Made by a program: the position numbers and the translations under genes. A stretch of DNA of 24,965 nt from Treponema sp. (GTDB taxonomy: Bacteria; Spirochaetota; Spirochaetia; Treponematales; Breznakiellaceae), in assembly GCA_031255475.1 (NCBI GenBank), contig JAIRSL010000050.1, positions 1 through 24,965 of the forward strand, written 5' to 3'. The notes under the pieces were generated by a model. The model was given only the letters and a program-made list of their open reading frames with translations. It ran no database searches and was not told where the DNA came from. Positions 19,177-24,965 of this stretch are shown in pieces (positions within the stretch are counted from its first letter, which is position 1; every line of letters starts with the position of its first letter).

Positions 19177-20309
19177 GATTCTCCTCCTGCATTTTTTTGC
19201 GTCTGCCGGCGAAGTTCCGACAGCGCTTTTAATCCGAAGATGTCCGAATCCTTCAATTCTTCGGTAACGTTACTGGGGACCAGCATCATGGAGTTCCCCG
19301 CCTTGAGTCCCTCGTTCAGGATGGACAGTATCTTGAGTTTTAAGGCGGGCTCGGCCTTGGCGTATATTTCCACCGCCGATTCCAGCTTCCGCGCGATCTC
19401 GATTTCCGCTTCCGCCAGAAGGATGCGGCTCTTCTTCTCCCGTTCCGTCTGGGCCAGCCGGGAAAGGGAATCCTGAAGGGCTTCGGGAATCTGGATGTCG
19501 GTGATCTCAATGTGCTGTATGGTGATCCCCCATTCGGTCGTCTTCCGGTCAACCTCTTCCTGAATCTGTTTTTGTATCACTTCTCCGTGTTCCAGAAAGG
19601 TGGAAAGGTCGTGGCTGGAAATGGCGTTCCGCAGCGCCGTCTTGGACGACAGGATCACCGCGTCCCGGTAGTTTTCCACTTCCAGCACCGCTTTCTCCGG
19701 GTCCCAGACCAGCCAGAAACACAGGGCGTCTACCGTGACGGTTACCGAATCACGGGTAAGGGTCTCCTGGGCCGAAAAATCCGTTACCCGAATGCGGAGG
19801 TCCACGGTTTCTGCAACCCGGTCGGCCAGCGGAATGAGGGCGAAGATCCCCGGCCCCCGGACCCGGTGGAAACGGCCCAGCCGGAGCACGATGGCCCGCT
19901 CCCATTCTTCCCGCTTCTGTATGGCCGGCGCGATGAGCGCGGCCAGGGCCGCAAAGACCAGGGCCAGGCCGAATTCAGGAAGCCGGACCGGGGCAAGGGC
20001 GCAGAGCAGTATCACGGACAGCTTCAGCACGCTGCTCCAGCGGGGAAAAACGGTCATGAGGATCAGCAAAACGAAGGGTACGGCCAGAACTATCCCCAGT
20101 CCGGGAAGAGAGGGGAGGGCGCCCTCCGCAAAAAGAACGGCAACCGCAAAGGCGATAAGGATGATCGCAAAGCCTATCCCCACCGCGTTCAAAGTAAAAT
20201 CCCGCCGTCTTTCTTTCCCGCGCGTGTTCTTTATCAGTGGTTCTTTGAATCCATTGTCCTTGCCCGCCGGGTTCCGGTCCCTTCGGGGCGTGAAGAATCG
20301 CATTTGCAT
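19173..20309 (-). CDS. SPFH/band-7 (stomatin-prohibitin-like) membrane protein
   Basis: 378 aa. Hydrophobic N-terminal region (~3-4 TM) then 'EWERAIVLRLGRFHRVRGPGIFALIPLADRVAETVDLRIRV…TRDSVTVTVDALCFW' SPFH core and a C-terminal coiled-coil. GGAGG Shine-Dalgarno 6 nt before the ATG. Confidence 0.8.
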   Translation of the reverse strand: MQMRFFTPRRDRNPAGKDNGFKEPLIKNTRGKERRRDFTLNAVGIGFAIILIAFAVAVLFAEGALPSLPGLGIVLAVPFVLLILMTVFPRWSSVLKLSVILLCALAPVRLPEFGLALVFAALAALIAPAIQKREEWERAIVLRLGRFHRVRGPGIFALIPLADRVAETVDLRIRVTDFSAQETLTRDSVTVTVDALCFWLVWDPEKAVLEVENYRDAVILSSKTALRNAISSHDLSTFLEHGEVIQKQIQEEVDRKTTEWGITIQHIEITDIQIPEALQDSLSRLAQTEREKKSRILLAEAEIEIARKLESAVEIYAKAEPALKLKILSILNEGLKAGNSMMLVPSNVTEELKDSDIFGLKALSELRRQTQKNAGGES

Positions 20310-20346
20310 AGGCAGCCTCCTTAACGCGGGGTAACCGCAGTCATAT

Positions 20347-20715
20347 TTACCCGGGATAATCCCGGATTATTTTCTTCAGGGCCGGTACGTCAACTCCCAG
20401 CCCGCTCATTTCCTGGATAAAGTGTTCCATTGTCTCCCGTATCTTCCGGGCCTGGTCGTCTTCTTCCTTCTCCGGCTTCTTGTCCGAAACATAGGTCCCG
20501 CTCCCCACCTGGGTTACCAGGATTCCCCGGATTTCCAGTTCCCCGTAGGCCTTGGCGATGGTATTGGGGTTGATCTTCAGCTCCACCGCCAGGGAACGGA
20601 TGGTCGGCAGCCTGTCCCCGGAACACAGCCGGCCGGAGAGAATGGCAAACTCTATCTGCCGTATTATTTGCCGGTAAATCGGGACCCCGTTTTCGTTGTC
20701 CAGAGAAAAGGTCAT
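20347..20715 (-). CDS. GntR-family transcriptional repressor, short YtrA-like subfamily
   Basis: 122 aa from MTFSLDNENGVPIYRQIIRQIEFAIL…LPTIRSLAVELKINPNTIAKAYGELEIRGILVTQVGSGTYV. Winged HTH plus a very short C-terminal domain, the YtrA architecture. The track ORF starts 9 codons upstream at 20742, an ATG that falls inside the operator and may be a leaderless start. Confidence 0.8.
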   Translation of the reverse strand: MTFSLDNENGVPIYRQIIRQIEFAILSGRLCSGDRLPTIRSLAVELKINPNTIAKAYGELEIRGILVTQVGSGTYVSDKKPEKEEDDQARKIRETMEHFIQEMSGLGVDVPALKKIIRDYPG

Positions 20716-20728
20716 TACCGGGCGGGCT

Positions 20729-20779
20729 AATGTACTATTCATCTAGTACAATCATAAATGAACTAGTACATTATGTCAA
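20729..20779 (-). promoter_or_regulatory. near-consensus sigma70 promoter for the GntR operon, overlapped by a triple TGTACTA/TAGTACA operator
   Basis: On the minus strand: -35 TTGACA (20779-20774), a 17-nt spacer, -10 TATGAT (20756-20751). Inverted-repeat arms AATGTACTATTCAT (20729-20742) and ATGAACTAGTACATT (20758-20772) are near-identical reverse complements. A third TAGTACA half-site sits at 20744-20750. The GT…AC palindrome is typical of GntR-family operators. Confidence 0.55.
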
Positions 20780-20848
20780 TCGTTTTTTAAGAAAAATCGG
20801 ATTTTTTGGAGTTTTTTCCTAAGGTCTTTCGGCAGCCGTGTCAAAATG

Positions 20849-20875
20849 CCGGACAGGGCGTGCGGACCTGCCCGG
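20849..20875 (-). terminator. candidate stem-loop separating the oxidative-stress cassette from the GntR operon
   Basis: CCGGACAGG-gcgtgcgga-CCTGCCCGG (8/9 bp stem), followed on the minus strand by a short T-run (cattttga). Weak U-tract, so low confidence. Confidence 0.3.
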
Positions 20876-20988
20876 TTTGAGGGGAATTTAAGGGATTAAG
20901 CGGGGTATAAGGAGCCGCATAAAACGTATGCCCTGCGGAAAGAGCTGTAAGATGGGGCTATTTCAAAACTTCATTCGTTCGCTACGAA

Positions 20989-21438
20989 TCAATTACAATC
21001 CTCCATACCTTCAAGCTGACCCAGCAGTTTATAGAGCAACATATACAGCGTTTGCGCTTCTTTCGGATCTAAAGAAAGACATTTACCCATTTTCTGCGGA
21101 ACCTGAACGGCCTTCTTTTTTAGCCGTAAACCCTCGGGAGTAACAGAGATATACACAAAACGTTCATCCCCATTTGTTGCCCGTTCCCGGGAAATAAGTT
21201 TTTTGCTTTCCAGCCGCTTTAACAGAGGTGTAAGCGTTCCCGAATCCAAATACAGGCAGTTCCCAAGATCCTTAACGCTGATGGTTTTATGTTCCCACAT
21301 AACCATCATGGTGATATACTGCGTGTAGGTCAGGCTGATTTCATTCAGGAACGGCGCGTATTTTTTGACCATGGCTTTTGCCGCGGCATAAAGCGGAAAA
21401 CAGAGCTGGTTTTCCAGCTTTAATATTTCGGCATTCAT
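20989..21438 (-). CDS. MarR-family regulator, OhrR-like (redox-sensing Cys near the N-terminus)
   Basis: 149 aa. 'LENQLCFPLYAAAKAM…LTYTQYITMMVMWE' aligns with the OhrR N-terminus including the peroxide-sensing Cys (LCFxLY). Winged HTH. ATG overlaps the flavodoxin stop (ATGA). Confidence 0.8.
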   Translation of the reverse strand: MNAEILKLENQLCFPLYAAAKAMVKKYAPFLNEISLTYTQYITMMVMWEHKTISVKDLGNCLYLDSGTLTPLLKRLESKKLISRERATNGDERFVYISVTPEGLRLKKKAVQVPQKMGKCLSLDPKEAQTLYMLLYKLLGQLEGMEDCN

Positions 21439-21854
21439 AATCCACTCTTACAAGTCCGTTTGGCGAAATCCTCCGCCCGCGCCAAATCATCGGCATTGGG
21501 ACGCCCAAGGTTGAGGCATAAGAATGAACCTTTGCAATGAAAGCCTTCCGCGGCAACCGGAATGCCTTTGGGTTCAAGAATTGACGCTACTTCGTCACGT
21601 ATGCTTTTGCCGCTTGCCGATGTTCCAAAGACCACTACGTTTGCCGCCTGTTTTTGATCGAGATTTTGCAGGAATTTATGGAGAACGCCGCTTATCCTGC
21701 CGGCGTATATTGAACCGCCGACAAACAGGATCTCTGCCCGCGTCAAATTCGCCGCATGGTCGGCAGATTGGGCTTTTACCCCGGCGCCCTTTGCGATTGC
21801 ATGTGCGAGCTTCTTTGTGTTCCCGCGTTTTGATACATAGATAACCGCGTTCAT
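21435..21854 (-). CDS. short flavodoxin-like protein
   Basis: 139 aa. N-terminal FMN phosphate-binding loop 'YVSKRGNTKKLA' (S/T-x-x-G-x-T), alternating beta-alpha pattern, size of short-chain flavodoxins. Lower GC than the flanks. Confidence 0.6.
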   Translation of the reverse strand: MNAVIYVSKRGNTKKLAHAIAKGAGVKAQSADHAANLTRAEILFVGGSIYAGRISGVLHKFLQNLDQKQAANVVVFGTSASGKSIRDEVASILEPKGIPVAAEGFHCKGSFLCLNLGRPNADDLARAEDFAKRTCKSGL

Positions 21855-21907
21855 ATACTATCCTCTCTTGAGCCTGTTCTAAAACTGAAGTTCTGGAACG
21901 GGCTCTC

Positions 21908-22450
21908 TTATAAAAGTTTTTCGATAGCGGACGCTATCATTTGGGGTTTGATCACCGGTTCATACCGGTTTACAACATTCCCATTTTTATCAATAAGGAA
22001 TTTTGTAAAATTCCATTTGATCTGATTGTCGTCGTAGCCGTCCTTGTATAACTTTTTGAACATTGCGGACAACACGGCTGCTTTTAAACCGGAACCCAAA
22101 CCTTTAAACCCTTTTTGCGTGACAAGGTATTTAAAGAGAGGATGTGCGGCATCCCCGCGCACGTCTACTTTCTGAGACAGTGGAAAATCCACGCCGTACC
22201 GCACGGCGCAAAAACCGGCAATATCGCCCTCCGAAGCGGGCTCTTGCGCGCCGAATTGGTTGCAGGGAAACCCAATAACGGCGAAACCGTCCTTCTTATA
22301 TCTGTTATACAATTCCTCAAGTCCCTTGTACTGTGGCGTAAACCCGCATTTACTCGCCGTATTGACAATGAGCAGGACTTTACCCTGATATTCACTCATC
22401 GCGACAGGCTTACCTTCAATAGACACATAGCTAAAATCGTAAACCGACAC
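21908..22450 (-). CDS. glutathione peroxidase (Gpx/BsaA family)
   Basis: 180 aa from a GTG start, with AAAGGAGG 6 nt upstream. Active site 'NTASKCGFTPQY', 'GFPCNQFGAQEP', 'KWNFTKFLIDKNGNVV'. These are canonical Gpx motifs. Confidence 0.9.
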   Translation of the reverse strand: MSVYDFSYVSIEGKPVAMSEYQGKVLLIVNTASKCGFTPQYKGLEELYNRYKKDGFAVIGFPCNQFGAQEPASEGDIAGFCAVRYGVDFPLSQKVDVRGDAAHPLFKYLVTQKGFKGLGSGLKAAVLSAMFKKLYKDGYDDNQIKWNFTKFLIDKNGNVVNRYEPVIKPQMIASAIEKLL

Positions 22451-22488
22451 TGAAGTCCTCCTTTTGATTTATAGCAACTAAATTTTAC

Positions 22489-22502
22489 ACAATATAATTT
22501 GT
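22489..22502. promoter_or_regulatory. candidate OhrR-box in the gpx promoter (ACAATATAATTTGT)
   Basis: AT-rich imperfect palindrome resembling the Bacillus/Xanthomonas OhrR operator (TACAATT-AATTGTA), 39-52 nt upstream of the gpx GTG. It overlaps the region where -35/-10 elements (TATAAAT at 22473-22467 on the minus strand) would lie. Confidence 0.3.
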
Positions 22503-22604
22503 CGCATATATATTAGGTTGTCAAGCCCTTTCTATGCGGAAGAAGCATTGAGGACGGCCCAAAACTTGAGAACCATTACGCACCGAAACACGGCAGCCGG
22601 GGGT

Positions 22605-22640
22605 AAAAAAAACCGCCGCCCCGGTTTGGGACGGCGGCTG
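22605..22640 (-). terminator. rho-independent terminator of the large surface-protein gene
   Basis: GC stem CCGCCGCCCC / GGGACGGCGG (22613-22637) with a short loop. On the minus strand it is followed by a T8 run (A8 on + at 22605-22612). Sits 10-45 nt after the TAA at 22651-22653. Confidence 0.7.
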
Positions 22641-22650
22641 TTACCGGGGC

Positions 22651-24965
22651 TTAATCCCAGGAAGAGGAAGTGCCGTGTTCCGGATCGTTGTAGTACAGAT
22701 TGTCCCCCAGTCCCACGGTGGTATTTTTGAAAAGTGGGGAGGAATCATCATCAATATAGACCGCATGGCCCCCCTGCGCTGCTTTATTATTCTTTGGATT
22801 ATTCGTGCCGTCATCGCCGTAAATTTTACCGCCGGTCTTGCTGAACCTGTGGGGGAGGGAGGTGGACCGCATAAATACACCTCCACCCCGGCGGCCGGAA
22901 GCAGCGATGTTGCCCCAAATTTCCCCCTTGGTCATGGTAAACGTGCCCCCCACTAATACCCCGCCGCCGTCGCCGCCGTACACGTTGGTGGCGGAATTCT
23001 CGGAGATTGTCCCGCCGTTCATGGCAAATGTGGCGGACTGCACGTATACCCCTCCGCCCGAGCCGCTGACATTATTGGAGATTTTTCCGCCGGTCATGGT
23101 AAACATGCAGTCGTTCCACACTGCTACCCCACCGCCTGCGATATAGATGGAATTATTGGAGATTTCCCCGCCGGTCATGGTAAACATGCTGCCGCTCCCC
23201 AGGTATACCCCGCCGCCTGAGCCGCCTTCATTCCTGGAGATTGTCCCGCCGTACATGATAAACGTGCTGCTCCGCACTAATACCCCGCCGCCTGAGGAGC
23301 CTTCATTCCTGGAGATTGTCCCGCCGTACATGGTAAATGTGCTGCCGTACACGTATACCCCGCCGCCGCAGTATTCGACGTTGGTTTTACAATCGGATAT
23401 TGTCCCGTCCCTCATGGTAAATGCGCTGCCGCCGGTCACGTGTACCCCGCCGCTCCCGGAGTCGTAGTCGTAGCGGTAATAACCGGATATTGTCCCGCCG
23501 GTCATGGTAAATATGCTGCCGCCGTCCACGTATACCCCGCTTATTTCATCACCCCAGCTCTTGGTCCCCTGTAGGATCAGGTTTTCGGTCAAGGTTACCC
23601 GTGCGCCGTTATCCAACCGCAGCAGGCTATTATTATACCCTATAGCAGCTGTTGCCTTCAGAGTCCCTCCGGATGTTTCATCATCGTCGCGGAGGATTAT
23701 GGGCGGATGCGTATCACCGTCTATCATTATCATTTGCGCCACATTCACCGTATTCAGAATAATGATTGCTCCGGGGCGTGCGTCACTAGTCCACTTTCCC
23801 GGCCAGGAAACGTCTTGGTTATACGCGGCCGCCAGTCTATTCAGCGCCTCTCCTGCCGTTGCCAGCGGTTCTTCTTTTGTACCGGGTTTATTGTCGCCCC
23901 CATAGGACGCCACGTAAAAACTCATATACGGTTCCACCCCCCAGGTAGGCTCCGTCACTACACTGTCTTCCTCCGTGTTGATAATTTCCGGCTCGCTCAC
24001 CTCCCCGTCCTTGTAGATGATCACATAGATATCGCAATCCTCCCCTACCTGAACATCAGTCAGGCTTATTTGTTCCTCGTGATCCTCCCCCGGTCCTACC
24101 GGATTCAGCGGGATATAGTCCGAATAACCAGGTGTTGCGCCTGGGGCCGCTACCGCGTAGTACACGTCCGCCTCTTCTTCGTCATCGTACCCGCCGGTGG
24201 TAAAGGTTATCTCCGGTGTCATCGAGTTCGCAGGCCCTACAAACACCCCGTCTTCTACCACCAGAGTACTCGAAGTCTTCGGCGCTATACTAAACCGTAC
24301 CGCCCCGTTCCCGTTGGCGTCGGGGGTAGCGATGGTTTCCCCATCGCCGGCAATGTGGTGAAAGCTGTTAAAGTCTGTTTTATCGGTTTGCGCCAGGTCG
24401 TTTAGCCCGTTCCGTATTATCCATACCGGTACGCCGCCCTCGGTAACCGCCGGCTCCAACTCAACATTATCCCACCGGCCTTCCTCCTTCAGGTTAAAGG
24501 GCACGTATTTCATCTCAAAGTTCACCGCTCCGGTTGTCCCTATCTTGTCAAACCCGCTATCGGTATCGTTCCCTTTTGTAAACTCCCCTATAGATCCGGT
24601 AACAATGTTCCCGTTCAGGCTCAGGGTCGGGGGATTATCCGCCGGGGTACTCCACACCTCCCCGGTCTCCTCTTCCTCCAGGATTTTCACCGTGATTGCG
24701 GGACCGCCCAGGATCTGTAACTGCCCGTTGTTGACGTCCGGTATCTTGTTCTGGGCCTTTATCAGGTCCTTAAGGCCGTCGCTGTTCCCCGTAAGGGCCC
24801 GCTTTATAGTCCACGTTACGTTCCAGGCTACCGGCATCAGGCTGACACCCTTGGGTTTCCCCCCGGTTATCTCAGGCTCAACGGAATCTTTCCCCGCGGC
24901 GGTAAACACCGTGTCCACCACGAGGGGCCACATGGTCACCGTTACCTTCCCGCTCCCGGTTACCG
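22651..24965 (-). CDS. C-terminal ~770 aa of a very large secreted/surface protein: Ig-like regions plus a parallel beta-helix built from GGGVYV…FTMTGGTISxN repeats (N-terminus outside the window)
   Basis: Frame open to the window edge, with no signal peptide at the first in-window Met. 'MSFYVASYGGDNKPGTKEEPLATAGEALNRL' is a classic pectin-lyase-fold N-cap, followed by ~10 repeats of 23-27 aa (GGGV[YLH]V-x3-5-F[TA]M-x-GG-[TEK]IS-x-N…) reminiscent of Pmp-type GGA[IV]/FxxN beta-helix rungs. Terminator downstream. Confidence 0.7.
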   Translation of the reverse strand, partial: VTGSGKVTVTMWPLVVDTVFTAAGKDSVEPEITGGKPKGVSLMPVAWNVTWTIKRALTGNSDGLKDLIKAQNKIPDVNNGQLQILGGPAITVKILEEEETGEVWSTPADNPPTLSLNGNIVTGSIGEFTKGNDTDSGFDKIGTTGAVNFEMKYVPFNLKEEGRWDNVELEPAVTEGGVPVWIIRNGLNDLAQTDKTDFNSFHHIAGDGETIATPDANGNGAVRFSIAPKTSSTLVVEDGVFVGPANSMTPEITFTTGGYDDEEEADVYYAVAAPGATPGYSDYIPLNPVGPGEDHEEQISLTDVQVGEDCDIYVIIYKDGEVSEPEIINTEEDSVVTEPTWGVEPYMSFYVASYGGDNKPGTKEEPLATAGEALNRLAAAYNQDVSWPGKWTSDARPGAIIILNTVNVAQMIMIDGDTHPPIILRDDDETSGGTLKATAAIGYNNSLLRLDNGARVTLTENLILQGTKSWGDEISGVYVDGGSIFTMTGGTISGYYRYDYDSGSGGVHVTGGSAFTMRDGTISDCKTNVEYCGGGVYVYGSTFTMYGGTISRNEGSSGGGVLVRSSTFIMYGGTISRNEGGSGGGVYLGSGSMFTMTGGEISNNSIYIAGGGVAVWNDCMFTMTGGKISNNVSGSGGGVYVQSATFAMNGGTISENSATNVYGGDGGGVLVGGTFTMTKGEIWGNIAASGRRGGGVFMRSTSLPHRFSKTGGKIYGDDGTNNPKNNKAAQGGHAVYIDDDSSPLFKNTTVGLGDNLYYNDPEHGTSSSWD
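22900..23560. repeat. imperfect tandem DNA repeats (period 69-81 bp) encoding the beta-helix rungs; includes two near-identical 75-bp units
   Basis: 'ttcattcctggagattgtcccgccgtacatg…taaa(c/t)gtgctgc' occurs at ~23227 and ~23302. 'attattggagattt(t/c)ccgccggtcatggtaaacatgc' occurs at ~23071 and ~23152. Further degenerate copies of '…ccgccggtcatggtaaa…' lie on both sides. Confidence 0.75.

Noticed and set aside
10617-20334. Other large overlapping ORFs (10617-11651 -, 11945-12727 -, 13984-14577 +, 15205-15912 +, 18394-19476 +, 19512-20324 +, 19735-20334 +)
   Set aside because: Antisense or out-of-frame to well-supported genes (clpB, OMP, FtsX, ATPase, SPFH). Composition is typical of GC-rich non-coding frames.
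22519-22524. Perfect TTGACA upstream of gpx as the -35 element
   Set aside because: No acceptable -10 hexamer at 16-18 nt spacing. Kept only as a note inside the OhrR-box finding.
22838-23467. Proline-rich plus-strand ORFs (22838-23146, 23147-23467) with repetitive 'TPPPEP' peptides
   Set aside because: These are the reverse frames of the GGGVYV/FTMTGG tandem repeats of the minus-strand surface protein. The periodicity is inherited, not an independent gene.
22900-23560. Possible CRISPR array suggested by regularly spaced repeats
   Set aside because: The repeats are 69-81 bp, imperfect, contiguous (no unique spacers) and lie inside a continuous ORF. They are coding tandem repeats.

Overview
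High-GC (by eye roughly 60% or more) chromosomal segment with spirochaete-type gene order. All calls are from reading the six-frame translations and the DNA directly; no searches were run.

From left to right the window contains:
- the 3' end of hslU;
- the core flagellar flgB operon (flgB-flgC-fliE-fliF-fliG-fliH-fliI-fliJ), tightly packed on the + strand;
- a convergent split class-I Fe-S fumarate/tartrate hydro-lyase (alpha and beta subunits);
- a lamin-tail-domain lipoprotein;
- clpB;
- a 7-gene minus-strand operon: YtrA-like GntR repressor, SPFH/band-7 membrane protein, MacB/LolD-type ABC ATPase, two FtsX-family permeases, a LolA-like periplasmic protein and a predicted beta-barrel outer-membrane protein;
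- a visibly lower-GC 3-gene oxidative-stress cassette (glutathione peroxidase, flavodoxin-like protein, OhrR-like MarR);
- the 3' ~2.3 kb of a very large surface protein gene with Ig-like regions and a C-terminal parallel beta-helix built from near-identical 23-27-aa repeats encoded as DNA tandem repeats.

The most interesting unit is the GntR-controlled envelope module at 13420-20780. It has a near-consensus sigma70 promoter overlapped by a triple TGTACTA/TAGTACA operator.

No rRNA, tRNA, CRISPR or obvious mobile element was seen. Coordinates for CDS follow the supplied ORF track; refined starts are my own.
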